34,360 bases of DNA from a virus (lineage: Duplodnaviria; Caudoviricetes): the IMG/VR virus record IMGVR_UViG_3300032135_000034, positions 1-34,360 of that record; one strand, 5' to 3'. Shown here piece by piece: positions 24,661 through 34,360 of the stretch (position 1 is the first letter of the stretch; every line of letters begins with the position of its first letter). The notes under the pieces are model-generated. The model did not search any database, was not told where the DNA came from, and worked only from the letters and a program-made list of their open reading frames with translations. Both the position numbers and the translations under genes were made by a program.

Positions 24661-26387
24661 ATGCCAACACTCCTTGCAGTTGCTTTATTTTTACCGCCCA
24701 TTAGATTATCTATATCGTCAATTAAATATTCAGCTATTACTTTACCATTTTGTAATACTAATTGTAATGTTATTGGTTGTTTATTATTCCTACCATTAGT
24801 AGGTAATATTTCTCCACCACTATTTTCGTATGGGTTTTCTTTTTTAGGCACTATCATTTCGCCCTCATGCGCATTAATTAACATGTCTCTCGGCAAACTT
24901 CTTGACCCTACCGCAAAGCTAGGTATATTGGGGATGTTAAATCCAAAACCCTTCCCGCCTATCAATGGGACCCAATCGGGTACAGTAAATTTTAATTTAT
25001 TTAATGCATTTACCATAAAGTTTAATCCGCTAATAACTCCATTAACCATGCCTTTAAATCCACCCTTAATACCATCTATTATGCCACCTATAAAGCTTCC
25101 TATAGCTCCAAATACGTTCATAGCTACTGCTTTTACAGTATCCCAATTTTTATAAAGCAATATACCAGCTGCAACTAATAAACCTATCGCAATTACAACT
25201 AATCCTATTGGACTTGTTATAAAAGCTATTACCGCTGCAAATGCTCCACCTACCACAGTTGCTATGCCTGTTATAGTTGCCCATATTCCAGTAGCAATGG
25301 CGACTGCATTAATTGCTAATGTATAAATACCAAAAACTATAGTTGCAGCAGTAATTCCAGCACTTAAAGCTACTAAAATGTCCTGATATTTTACAACCCA
25401 ATCTATTATTGATTTAGTAACAGTTATTACGCTATCTATTGCAGTTTTCATTATTTCAAACGCAATTTTAAAAATTTCTTGGATAATTGGTATATTAGGA
25501 GACACCCAATTATATAAACTTAATAATATTGGTATTAGTGTATTGCCAATAAACCCGCTTACACCAATTACTAAACTGCTAATTGTATCAAATACCACTT
25601 TAAAAGTTGATTGTATTTCGGGAAGATGTGCCATAATCCAATCTAGCATACTCTGGAACATCGGCATTACACTTGCACCTATATTAGTTACCATTGCTCC
25701 CATACTTCTTTTAGCCTGGTCTATACTATCTGTAAATTTAACACCCGCGTCTACCGTTTCATCAGATAATACCAGGCCTAAATCATTAGCCTTTTTTCGC
25801 ATTTCTTCTATGCTTCCAGAAGCTCCATTGATCAAAGGTGCCAATTCAGATGCGCTTTTCCCTAACAAATCATTTGCTAGTGCCGCCTTTTTAGGTCCTT
25901 CCTCCATCCCTTGTAATGCCATGATAGTTTCGTTAAACATTTGCTCCTGTGACTTCAAATTACCTGTGCTATCCTCAACGCTAACTCCTAAATCTGCAAA
26001 AGCTTTTGTGGCTAAAGTGCCTCCTTCGCTTGCATCAACCATAATACCACTTAATGTTTTAAACCCGCTTTGTAAGACTTCAACACTCATTCCACTTTGT
26101 GATGCTATAAAATCCCATTCTTGAAAACCCTTGCGGCTTAATCCGATTTTCTGGCTAAGCTTATCAATTCTATCGGCTGCTTCTGCGCTTTTAGTTGCAA
26201 CTCCAAACAATGCCGCGGCTCCAACAGTTGCTGCTGCTCCAAGTGCTGCTCCCCATTTCGCAACTGTTTTTATACCATTCCCAAACTTTTCACCTAGTCC
26301 CACTACATTTTTATCTGTTTTCTGTAGTGATTTATCCGCGTCTGACGAATCAACCATTATACTACCCACTAAACTAAAAATATTAAT
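24657..26387 (-). CDS. Tape measure protein (start ATT 26387 or GTG 26369)
   Basis: ADRIDKLSQKIG, Ala/Gly-rich helical repeats, LYKNWDTVK, VPDWVP.IGGK. Confidence 0.9.
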   Translation of the reverse strand: MNIFSLVGSIMVDSSDADKSLQKTDKNVVGLGEKFGNGIKTVAKWGAALGAAATVGAAALFGVATKSAEAADRIDKLSQKIGLSRKGFQEWDFIASQSGMSVEVLQSGFKTLSGIMVDASEGGTLATKAFADLGVSVEDSTGNLKSQEQMFNETIMALQGMEEGPKKAALANDLLGKSASELAPLINGASGSIEEMRKKANDLGLVLSDETVDAGVKFTDSIDQAKRSMGAMVTNIGASVMPMFQSMLDWIMAHLPEIQSTFKVVFDTISSLVIGVSGFIGNTLIPILLSLYNWVSPNIPIIQEIFKIAFEIMKTAIDSVITVTKSIIDWVVKYQDILVALSAGITAATIVFGIYTLAINAVAIATGIWATITGIATVVGGAFAAVIAFITSPIGLVVIAIGLLVAAGILLYKNWDTVKAVAMNVFGAIGSFIGGIIDGIKGGFKGMVNGVISGLNFMVNALNKLKFTVPDWVPLIGGKGFGFNIPNIPSFAVGSRSLPRDMLINAHEGEMIVPKKENPYENSGGEILPTNGRNNKQPITLQLVLQNGKVIAEYLIDDIDNLMGGKNKATARSVGI

Positions 26388-26721
26388 TTTTCTTCAACTC
26401 CTTTGCTTCATGCGCTAATATTACTTCATTCATTTCGTTTTCTATTTCCTCATAAGAAATTTGACTACCTCGATTTTCTTGTCTTATCATGTTTTGCTTT
26501 TTATAATCTTTAAAGGATATAAAAGATTCTTTGTCCATCTGTGGATATTGCAATGTCCACATCTCCCATAGATCATCTTCATATTTTTTTTCTTTAGCTT
26601 TATTCAACAATGCAGTTATATTTTTAATCTTAATTTTAGTATTTGATATTATCCCGTAATTGCTATATAAAAGATTTAGTGTTTCGGCATAACCGATTAT
26701 ATAGCTTGTTTGAAAAAACCC
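26383..26721 (-). CDS. Tail assembly chaperone, -1 frame extension (gpT-like)
   Basis: Frame open from the slippery site to TAA at 26383. Confidence 0.75.
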   Translation of the reverse strand, partial: GFFQTSYIIGYAETLNLLYSNYGIISNTKIKIKNITALLNKAKEKKYEDDLWEMWTLQYPQMDKESFISFKDYKKQNMIRQENRGSQISYEEIENEMNEVILAHEAKELKKN

Positions 26722-27020
26722 ACTGTGTCCTTATCTGTAAATATCTCCTTTAAGGTAGTAACCATCTTGAATGGCCCTTGAGCTTTAGCTTCCTCTAAAG
26801 TAATTTCTTGCATAACAGCTACTATTTCAAATAATTCTTCTTTAACTTTTTTAGAATTTTTTAAAACATATTTGACTAACATGATTCCTAAATCTTTAGC
26901 GTCTAACTTTTCCGTTTTATTTTCTTCTTGTAACTTTTTTCTGTAGGTGTCTAAATCCAATTTGTCATAAATATCTACTATTGATGGCAACATATCAAAA
27001 ACTTTACTGCTACTTATCAT
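26697..27020 (-). CDS. Tail assembly chaperone (gpG-like)
   Basis: Between tail tube and TMP; G GGT TTT heptamer at 26715-26721. Confidence 0.8.
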   Translation of the reverse strand: MISSSKVFDMLPSIVDIYDKLDLDTYRKKLQEENKTEKLDAKDLGIMLVKYVLKNSKKVKEELFEIVAVMQEITLEEAKAQGPFKMVTTLKEIFTDKDTVGFFKQAI

Positions 27021-27031
27021 AATTTCCTCCT

Positions 27032-27063
27032 AAAAATAAAAGAGTAGAAATTAATCTACTCTT
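27032..27063 (-). terminator. Terminator after the tail tube gene
   Basis: AGAGTAGA/TCTACTCT stem plus T-run. Confidence 0.65.
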
Positions 27064-27069
27064 TCTTAT

Positions 27070-27645
27070 TTAAACTACTGTTATTGCTGCTATTGTTTCA
27101 ATCTTAAATAAGTTTTCTTGAAGTCCATCTTCTTCCATATCCCAATGTGCGTTAAATTCTAGTGCAATTTCGCCCTCACCCTTAGGTACTGCTTTGAGTT
27201 CAAAATCATTTTCGGCCATGGCGTTATAAAGGGTAATTTTCCTATATCCTTTTTTGATAGTTTTAGCAAACATGGTAACATTCTTAAGATATGCTCCATC
27301 TGCTATTATTCCAACATTATCCACACCACATGTTAATGTGTAAGGTGATTCTACTGTTCCATCTCCAGCTAATGTTGCATATGGCATATTCAAGGCCATT
27401 GTTTGTAGACTTGTATCTAGTGCTATTACACTCAACATTGCTTCTATACTTTCAATTACTTGTGTACCTTTAGTTTTTCCCATTCGTCCATCAAATTCGA
27501 TGTCTCTAATAGATTTTTCTGCCTTAAATCCAGCGCCCCCACGAGTAGGTCCTAGCATGTATGCATCCGTTTCACCATAATTGATGTAAACTATGCCGTA
27601 ATCTATTTGAATATCTTCTATTTGCTCTTTTTTAGTTTTTGCCAT
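27070..27645 (-). CDS. Major tail (tube) protein
   Basis: LGPTRGG..F....RDIEFDG; synteny. Confidence 0.8.
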   Translation of the reverse strand: MAKTKKEQIEDIQIDYGIVYINYGETDAYMLGPTRGGAGFKAEKSIRDIEFDGRMGKTKGTQVIESIEAMLSVIALDTSLQTMALNMPYATLAGDGTVESPYTLTCGVDNVGIIADGAYLKNVTMFAKTIKKGYRKITLYNAMAENDFELKAVPKGEGEIALEFNAHWDMEEDGLQENLFKIETIAAITVV

Positions 27646-27657
27646 TATTTAACCTCC

Positions 27658-28020
27658 TTAAGTCCTTTTTAAAATTCCTTTATAGTTATAACTTCTATGT
27701 CTTAATGTTTTGTCATCATCTGCTATAGACAACATATTTTCATTAAAAAAAACTACCGATAAATTATCCGTAGTAATTACTTCTGTATCTAAGACTTTAA
27801 CCTTGGCCATTAAAGTTTCTAGCGGTGTTGTATCACCTACTAGAGTTTTATCCCATCCATCAACGGATAATGTGACTAGTTCGCCACCCTCGCCATCAGG
27901 ATATAACTGAAAATCATATACTAAATATGGATATACTGCGTTTTCAGGTGCTATTTCCCAGTATATTCTAGGATGCAAAGTCTTTAAAAATATTCTTATT
28001 TGTTGACTAAGTTCTAACAT
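27658..28020 (-). CDS. Tail terminator / completion protein
   Basis: APENAVYPYLVY; synteny. Confidence 0.75.
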   Translation of the reverse strand: MLELSQQIRIFLKTLHPRIYWEIAPENAVYPYLVYDFQLYPDGEGGELVTLSVDGWDKTLVGDTTPLETLMAKVKVLDTEVITTDNLSVVFFNENMLSIADDDKTLRHRSYNYKGILKRT

Positions 28021-28028
28021 TCAATCAC

Positions 28029-28481
28029 CTACTCAATTTCTTCTGATTCGTCAATTAGCCTTTGAGCATCTTCTCCGCTAATAGCGCTCAAATACTGTGA
28101 TTCAATTTTTATTATTTCTGGGATGTTTTCCATAACAGTTTCTTTTAGAAAACCTCTTTTAGGTTGGCTGTGTGTTCCAAGTTCTGCCTGCATAGCATAC
28201 CAAGAATCTCCGCTTTTCCCCCATTTTGTGTTACCCATTCCAAGTTGAAGATCACCTTCAATTTTTCTTAACCATGATCCAACTGTATTCTTCGCTCTTT
28301 TGCCTTTTTTAAGGCCTGGCAAAGTTCTTAATTTAGCTGTTACTTTATATCTTATCATTCTGCTTACATCCCTAAGTGCCGCCCTGCTTAATTCTTTTAT
28401 TGTATAACTGGCCTGATCTATATTACTTGTGTATTGAATACCTCTTCTGTTAATCTTCATATTACTTTTAGGCAATGGCAT
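28029..28481 (-). CDS. HK97 gp10-like tail component
   Basis: WY...ELGT..QPK..FL. Confidence 0.75.
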   Translation of the reverse strand: MPLPKSNMKINRRGIQYTSNIDQASYTIKELSRAALRDVSRMIRYKVTAKLRTLPGLKKGKRAKNTVGSWLRKIEGDLQLGMGNTKWGKSGDSWYAMQAELGTHSQPKRGFLKETVMENIPEIIKIESQYLSAISGEDAQRLIDESEEIE

Positions 28482-28795
28482 TATATCACCGCCAAGGCTT
28501 TAATTTCCATAAATTCATTACCATATTTAATATTGTCTATAAAAGCAATGTCGTAATTATTTCCCTCAAATATAATTCGCATACTTTCAGTAATATTTTT
28601 ATTGCATCTGATAGTAAATTTAATAGTTTTTTCGGCCTGAACTGCTTGGGCCGCGAAGTACTCTCGTCCATTTAGATTGCTTACGCTCGCCCAAACTGTT
28701 TTATAATCTGACCACTCTTGGATTTCAAAACCATTTTCATTTAATATTGTTGTAAATTTTTGAAATATAATTCTTTTATTAAATCGTTCAATCAC
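28481..28795 (-). CDS. Head closure / head-tail adaptor
   Basis: TVWASV.NL.GREYFAA...FTIR...MRIIF...YDI. Confidence 0.9.
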   Translation of the reverse strand: MIERFNKRIIFQKFTTILNENGFEIQEWSDYKTVWASVSNLNGREYFAAQAVQAEKTIKFTIRCNKNITESMRIIFEGNNYDIAFIDNIKYGNEFMEIKALAVI

Positions 28796-29082
28796 AGTAC
28801 CACCACCACTACTTCTACATTGTAATCAATAGACATGGATAAGTGATTTCTAATCATAAAATAAGAATCCATATATCTAATACTCTCTTTTTCATTTGTA
28901 CTATATTCAGACTTACAATATGTTTTTATAGCTCTTAATATTAAAGCATCAGTATCAATTATTTTACTTTCAACTATACCACATAGCTTTAAATCAGCCT
29001 TTGCAGCATCTATAGTCTCTTGTATATCTCCATCTAGTATATTGTCATCAAATCTTAATATTAACTTTATTTTTTCTAACAT
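28792..29082 (-). CDS. Head-tail connector (gp6-like)
   Basis: MLEKIK..LR...D..I...IDAA..DL...GI. Confidence 0.8.
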   Translation of the reverse strand: MLEKIKLILRFDDNILDGDIQETIDAAKADLKLCGIVESKIIDTDALILRAIKTYCKSEYSTNEKESIRYMDSYFMIRNHLSMSIDYNVEVVVVVL

Positions 29083-29095
29083 TTTATTCCCTCCT

Positions 29096-29126
29096 TATAA
29101 AAATAAAGAGGGTTTTAACCCTCTAA
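29096..29126 (-). terminator. Terminator after the capsid gene
   Basis: AGAGGGT/ACCCTCT stem plus T-rich tail. Confidence 0.65.
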
Positions 29127-29130
29127 AATT

Positions 29131-30354
29131 CTAAGCTAATGTCTTTGTTAAAGTTACTAGAGAGTTTACATCCACAACCTTACCATCTGCTAACATTATA
29201 GCTTTTGTAACCATATCATCAGTTTCATTATCTTCATATTTTTTCAAAGTCATTTGATAATTAGTATTTAAAACATAATCTTTGAAATTAAATAGGAAAG
29301 CAAATTTTGTATCTGCTGCAACTGTTGAAAGATAAGATCCTACATAATTGTTTAGAATTACTGTTCTTCCTAGTAAAGTTCTTTCAGGTCTTCCAGCAAT
29401 TCCATAATTAACACGTGCAATAGGTTGTTTTTGACTGTCAACCATTCCTATGAATGCCATGAATGATTTTTTAGACATACACCATACTGCGTCCTGTTCA
29501 TATTCAAGAGGTAGTGCTGCTTCTGCTGCTATTAAATCTTTATAACCTATAGCTGTTGCATTCACAATTTCTAATGCTTGACCTGTCGCAGGAGTTTCTG
29601 TTAATATTCCTTTTGGTTCTGTAGTTCCGCCACCACTTATAATAGATTGCTCTAATGCTTTAACCATAGCTTCAGTAATATTGTTGATTATAGTACTTTC
29701 AAATACTGCTAAAGTTATAGTATTAACTTCAAAGCTAACTGACACCGCGCATCTAAGTTTGAAGTAAGTAAATGTTATATTTGCAGTAGTTTTCTTTTGT
29801 TTATCACTTCCAGCACCTTCAGCTACCCACGTTGCAACTGGTTTAACGCTTGATGTAGGGATTGAAACTCCGCCTTTGTAAGATGTTCTAGTTACTAAAG
29901 GTAAAATCATACCAGTAGCTTCTAATTTTTCTATGATCTTCTCCATAACTGTAGTTGGTATTACAGATCCTACATCTGTTGTGAGAGTGTTTTCGTCTAT
30001 ATTTAATAATTGACTAGGAATAGCAGTACCTCTGATAATATTGTTCATAAATGCTTTTCTGTAGTCTACAGTTGCATACATATCCTCATTTACTACATTA
30101 CTAGTTGAATCTAAAACTTTACCCACAACATTCACCCCTTTATTTTCGATATTAAGTACTTTGAACTTATCCTCTAGTGCTGCTTTATTAGCTAGGTCCT
30201 TAGATTGTTCACCCCATTCATTATCCATCGTTTCAACTTCTGCCATTTTAGCATCAATTGATTCTTTTGAAGATGCTGTATCAATCATTTCTCTAATACT
30301 ATTCATTAATATTGCTCTTTGATCATCTTTGTCTTGTTTGTTTTTAAAATTCAT
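29131..30354 (-). CDS. Major capsid protein (HK97 fold, N-terminal delta domain)
   Basis: VIPTT...IIEKL, ATWVAEG, G.GT.EPKGIL; start MNFKN. Confidence 0.93.
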   Translation of the reverse strand: MNFKNKQDKDDQRAILMNSIREMIDTASSKESIDAKMAEVETMDNEWGEQSKDLANKAALEDKFKVLNIENKGVNVVGKVLDSTSNVVNEDMYATVDYRKAFMNNIIRGTAIPSQLLNIDENTLTTDVGSVIPTTVMEKIIEKLEATGMILPLVTRTSYKGGVSIPTSSVKPVATWVAEGAGSDKQKKTTANITFTYFKLRCAVSVSFEVNTITLAVFESTIINNITEAMVKALEQSIISGGGTTEPKGILTETPATGQALEIVNATAIGYKDLIAAEAALPLEYEQDAVWCMSKKSFMAFIGMVDSQKQPIARVNYGIAGRPERTLLGRTVILNNYVGSYLSTVAADTKFAFLFNFKDYVLNTNYQMTLKKYEDNETDDMVTKAIMLADGKVVDVNSLVTLTKTLA

Positions 30355-30355
30355 T

Positions 30356-31030
30356 TTATATTCCACCTTTCAATTTTAGATAATTAAATTCATTTTCTAG
30401 TTTATCTTTGCTCATATCATTTAATCTTTTATTTTGCATTTTATTAATGATTTCTTCTGGAATCATATTACTAAATGAGTTATTAAGTTGAGTATTTTGT
30501 GTATCCTCAAACATAATTCCATCAATTAATCCCCTGTCTTTTGCTTGTTGTGCGGTTAACCAGGTTTCATCTGCCATCATCTTCAAAGCTTCTTTCATGC
30601 TCATACCACTTTTAGCAATATAAGCATTTGCAACTGTTTGATCTGCAACTTGTAAAACTTTAGACATTTTATCCATATCATTACTATTTCCTGCCGCTCC
30701 ACTTGATACTTTATGTACCATCATCATTGCAGTAGGTGACATGTAACTCTCACTAGCCATTGCAATAACTGAACCAGCACTATAAGCACTGCCAACTATG
30801 TTTGTTTTTTTATTCCCTTTGCTATATCCTCTTATAGCAGTGTAAATTTCACTCGCTGCGGATATATCGCCACCATTAGAATTAATTTCTATTTCTAGAT
30901 CCTCATTAGTCATTATGCTATTTAAAACTTTGCTTACTTTACTTGGAGAGGTCGCTTCAATACCAAAGTAATCATAAATCCATTGTTGTTGACTTGATAC
31001 TATAGGGCCTTTAATATTTATTTTAGCCAT
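30356..31030 (-). CDS. ClpP-type head maturation protease
   Basis: INSNGGD, AYSAGSVIAMA, MMVH, ETWLTA.QA...GLID. Confidence 0.93.
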   Translation of the reverse strand: MAKINIKGPIVSSQQQWIYDYFGIEATSPSKVSKVLNSIMTNEDLEIEINSNGGDISAASEIYTAIRGYSKGNKKTNIVGSAYSAGSVIAMASESYMSPTAMMMVHKVSSGAAGNSNDMDKMSKVLQVADQTVANAYIAKSGMSMKEALKMMADETWLTAQQAKDRGLIDGIMFEDTQNTQLNNSFSNMIPEEIINKMQNKRLNDMSKDKLENEFNYLKLKGGI

Positions 31031-32211
31031 TATTTGTTTTCACCTCCTTTACCTGATACAACACCAGTGTCTTTTCTTAATAACACTCTGTCACCACCAT
31101 CAATAGGCCCCAAATTCATAACTCTTCGTACCTCGTTAGGTGTCATCATTCCTCTATCAACAAATTGTACTAAATTAAGCTTTGTTGCCATGCTTGCATA
31201 AGATAAATTAGAAGCTTCAAATATTATCGAATTTCCAAAACCTCGTTCTCTCCTACTAAATAACTTTCTAGTATATTCTCCACTTAATTGGAGCCCTAAA
31301 GGTTCTACTTCTGATTCGTAATAAGCATTCCATTCATCTTCTGTATATTTAGATTGAACTATCTTCTCATTCGTACCAAAAAAATTATAAAGCCTTGTTA
31401 TGGTCCTATCCATCTGTGCTGCATTAGGAACATAAGGCTTATCCTCTACTTGTTCTAAATCATATTTAGGATCACTTGCTGCAACTCCTTTTCCCTTATC
31501 AATACTTAAAAAGTTGTCAACAAATTTTGTAACTTCCATATCTCGGTCCTCTGGCCTTAATACACTTTTAAATTTCATAAGCCATTTTATAACCATACTG
31601 TTTTTTATAGCCTTTACTATACCCTGATCTGTTGTATTTACAATTTCCATAAGCGGTAATAATGCATCCCTTGGACTTTCTCCAAATATATCATTTCTGT
31701 TATAGTCTTGGCGCAAATGTATTATATCCGCATATGGATAAGTAACATTTTTACCATTTCTCATGGTACATTTTAAAAATAATTCTCCTAATGTATTGTA
31801 AATAGCTTCAGCACTTAAAGCAGGAATAGGATATAATTCATTCGCATATCCATTTTCATCACGATTAATATAAATAAACGCATTATTGTTAAGTTGTAAT
31901 TGAGTGGTTATCTTTTCTTGTAATAACTGGCCTGTCATATATGGATTAGGTTCTTCTAATAAAAAACGCATGTAAACATCTGGATTAACTTTTAAATCCA
32001 ATGCTCCATCCGCTCTCAATGTTTCTCTTATGTGTTTTGCCATTAATTTACCTATTGCTTTTGCTTTAGGTCTTACACATGCCCTTATAACATCACTTTT
32101 ATATAAATTTCCATTCCAATTGTAAAAACCATTACCTTGATCTGTTATCAATTCAAATCTTGTTGTTGTAGAACTTTTATTAAAAAATTTATTAAATAAT
32201 CCCGTTTTCAT
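31030..32211 (-). CDS. Portal protein (start ATG 32211 or ACG 32205)
   Basis: LL.EPNPYMT, NNAFI.I.RD, DIIHLR, MTPNE.R..MNL.PI.GGD. Confidence 0.95.
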   Translation of the reverse strand: MKTGLFNKFFNKSSTTTRFELITDQGNGFYNWNGNLYKSDVIRACVRPKAKAIGKLMAKHIRETLRADGALDLKVNPDVYMRFLLEEPNPYMTGQLLQEKITTQLQLNNNAFIYINRDENGYANELYPIPALSAEAIYNTLGELFLKCTMRNGKNVTYPYADIIHLRQDYNRNDIFGESPRDALLPLMEIVNTTDQGIVKAIKNSMVIKWLMKFKSVLRPEDRDMEVTKFVDNFLSIDKGKGVAASDPKYDLEQVEDKPYVPNAAQMDRTITRLYNFFGTNEKIVQSKYTEDEWNAYYESEVEPLGLQLSGEYTRKLFSRRERGFGNSIIFEASNLSYASMATKLNLVQFVDRGMMTPNEVRRVMNLGPIDGGDRVLLRKDTGVVSGKGGENK

Positions 32212-32223
32212 CACCTCCCTTCA

Positions 32224-33930
32224 TTAAATCATGTTTGTATAATCCTCTAGATGTCTTTCTAGACATACGTAAGCATCTAGTAAGCTTGCAGTACCGTCAA
32301 TTCTTCGTCTTTGATTATGTGTTTTACAAGGTTGTATATTAAGATTCTTATCTGTTTCTATAGCAGTATTAGATAAGCACCATTTGAGAATAGGATTATT
32401 GTTATAATTGATTCTTTTAGATCCTAAGTCAGCACCCATGTTTTTCATAGGTCCACTTAATGTTTTTTTACCTTGTATTACAGCTTCCATACTTTCAGCT
32501 CCAAAATATGACTTCATTTCTTCAACAAAATAAGTAGCGGACCACGCGTCATATCCTGTCCATGGCATATAAATATTATCAGTATGTTGTATTTCTAAAA
32601 ACCATTCTGTTACATGCTTATGATGTACTTTATTCCCTTCAACGGTCCTTAGATAACCCATATCTCTCCATATGTCATATGGTATCTTATCTTCTGCAAC
32701 TCTTAGTTCTAATAAATCTTCTGGCAACCAATACATTTGCTTTACGTAAATTGTATTGTCTCCTGGGACCATAAACATTACTGTTGCACATGTTAAATCT
32801 GTTGTACTAGATAAATCCGCTCCGCCAATGCCATATTTAGGTTTTAATAAATTTAAATCAAATGTAGCTATATTGTTTAGTTCCTCAAATGTTAACCACG
32901 CTTCAGAACTAGTCTCCCTAACATTAAAATCTTTACATAATAAGTTTCTTACTAACTTCGCATCAGCTTTTGCCTTATTAACTTTATTTTCTAATTGATC
33001 AATTCTTTTAATACTTTCTAAGCCAGGATTAGGCTTATACCAGTTGTCTTTTTCGGTCCATTCTTTTCTATTATCAAGTTCATATACAACCGGTAAAAAT
33101 CTTTCGTTTTTATATCCGTTAGCATCTTCATATCCATTTATAATTCTTTCAGCTTCGTCATATTTACGGTCATATACACTTTCTCTTATAGTTCCAGCTG
33201 TAGTAGTTACGAATATAAGTGGTTGTTCTCTAGCACTTGTACCATCGACAATAACATCATATAAATTTTGATCTGTCCATGCGTGGATTTCATCAAGTAG
33301 CGCACCTTGAACATTTAAACCGTCCAAACTATCACTATCTCTACCAAGAGGACGAAAAAAAGAATCGTTATAGTCGGCAACCAACTCTGCAACTAAAGGT
33401 TTAATCCTTTTTAACAGTACTGGTGACTTCTTAACCATTCTTTTAGCTTCTAGCCATATTATTTTAGCTTGATCCTTTTTAGTAGCACACGCATATACTT
33501 CGCTCCCTGGTTCTCCATCTGCTATTTGCAAATATAAACCTATTGCAGCCGCTAAAGTAGATTTTCCATTTTTTCTAGCCACTATTAGCATTACTTCCTG
33601 AAATTTTCTAGTTCCATCAATTTTATGTATAATTCCAAATGTTGCAGCAACTAATGCTTTTTCCCATAATTCCAATATAAAAGGTTTTCCACCCATTTTT
33701 CCTTTAGAATGTTTACAATAATTTTCTATAAACTCTAATGCGTGATTTCCTTTTTTATTATCATATTCCCATTCACATTTAGGATCATTAATTATTCTTA
33801 CTAATTCTTTATAGACTTTGTAAGTTTTTTTACAAACATGTTTTCTATTTTTATTTATCCAGTTAAAATATTCAATGATAGGATTATAAGTAAGCTCATA
33901 AACTATTCTTTGAACTTTTACACTAATCAT
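32224..33930 (-). CDS. terL: Terminase large subunit
   Basis: Walker A VARKNGKS, Walker B LLDEIH, GGADLS..TDLT, RIDGTAS. Confidence 0.96.
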   Translation of the reverse strand: MISVKVQRIVYELTYNPIIEYFNWINKNRKHVCKKTYKVYKELVRIINDPKCEWEYDNKKGNHALEFIENYCKHSKGKMGGKPFILELWEKALVAATFGIIHKIDGTRKFQEVMLIVARKNGKSTLAAAIGLYLQIADGEPGSEVYACATKKDQAKIIWLEAKRMVKKSPVLLKRIKPLVAELVADYNDSFFRPLGRDSDSLDGLNVQGALLDEIHAWTDQNLYDVIVDGTSAREQPLIFVTTTAGTIRESVYDRKYDEAERIINGYEDANGYKNERFLPVVYELDNRKEWTEKDNWYKPNPGLESIKRIDQLENKVNKAKADAKLVRNLLCKDFNVRETSSEAWLTFEELNNIATFDLNLLKPKYGIGGADLSSTTDLTCATVMFMVPGDNTIYVKQMYWLPEDLLELRVAEDKIPYDIWRDMGYLRTVEGNKVHHKHVTEWFLEIQHTDNIYMPWTGYDAWSATYFVEEMKSYFGAESMEAVIQGKKTLSGPMKNMGADLGSKRINYNNNPILKWCLSNTAIETDKNLNIQPCKTHNQRRRIDGTASLLDAYVCLERHLEDYTNMI

Positions 33931-34307
33931 CTATTATTCACAAAGGTATCAAACCCATCATCCTTAATTTTATTAGCAATTTCTTTCGGCAACAAATCAG
34001 TAATTGCTTTCATCGTAGATACAAAGTTTTTAATCATCGTATTATAAATATCAATTTCAGCTGATTTCTTTATACCAAATTGATTCTCACCGTTTTGATA
34101 TTCAACTGTTAATCCATTTTTGTTTAAGTAGTCCTGGAGTTCTCTTAATGTCACCGCCATAAAAGCAGCATTTTCAATCACTGTTGAAATTGATTTTTTC
34201 ACCTGTATATCCATATCCTTAAAGAGCTTGTTAAGTTTTGCTATCTCTTTTTTAATTTCTATAAGTTTGGCCATTTCATCTAATTTTTTATTATTCGTGT
34301 TTCTCAC
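33927..34307 (-). CDS. terS: Terminase small subunit (P27-like)
   Basis: IENAAFM.VTL.ELQ...YQNGENQFG.K; directly upstream of terL. Confidence 0.85.
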   Translation of the reverse strand: MRNTNNKKLDEMAKLIEIKKEIAKLNKLFKDMDIQVKKSISTVIENAAFMAVTLRELQDYLNKNGLTVEYQNGENQFGIKKSAEIDIYNTMIKNFVSTMKAITDLLPKEIANKIKDDGFDTFVNNR

Positions 34308-34360
34308 CTCTCCCCTATTCTACACCCCTCCTTGAAAATTTCCTGTGTGTTTTTTGAAGC

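Larger units (their letters stand above)
1..34360 (-). mobile_element. Temperate siphophage genome (Clostridium-like host), excised/virion configuration
   Basis: Full module set; terS at one end and HNH at the other; integrase central with phage genes on both sides; no host genes. Confidence 0.9.

Noticed and set aside
24541-26418. Long plus-strand ORFs (204, 193, 95 aa) and similar antisense ORFs elsewhere
   Set aside because: Shadow frames of real minus-strand genes; no SD or motifs
26655-26674. Extra copy of the boundary motif (CGTAATTGCTA...)
   Set aside because: Only the left half matches, opposite strand, inside a coding frame
1-34360. tRNA/rRNA genes, IS elements, introns/inteins, alternative genetic code
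   Set aside because: None seen; terL and other core genes are uninterrupted and all three stop codons terminate genes normally

Overview
The window looks like a complete or near-complete ~34.4 kb temperate siphophage genome of a low-GC Firmicute (Clostridium-like), written in reverse orientation. Reading the minus strand from the right end: terS, terL, portal, ClpP-type protease, capsid, head-tail genes, tail tube, chaperones (-1 frameshift), tape measure, Dit, Tal, a moron, receptor-binding protein, holin, amidase, second holin and a HIRAN protein. A lysogeny module follows (plus-strand repressor and large serine integrase, with an apparently intact attP inside the integrase 3' end). Then come cro, a BRO antirepressor, the replication initiator, a DUF5664/ThyX-like pair, SSB, PcfK/PcfJ/DUF3102/YopX, two tyrosine recombinases, a late activator and HNH. 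The strongest unexplained signal is a 20-bp quasi-palindromic motif (C-R-N-A-M-T-N5-A-A-T-W-N-K-R-C-G) found five times, always on the same strand and at module boundaries. Three copies bracket accessory genes upstream of a Xer-like recombinase. Two bracket the receptor-binding part of the tail fibre gene. This suggests an integron-like cassette-exchange system. Other signals: paired dif-like sites next to the small tyrosine recombinase, several apparent ATA/ATT/ACG starts in core genes, a LexA box controlling a 35-aa ORF, and a phased 11-bp palindrome array. All family assignments come from reading motifs by eye; no searches were run.
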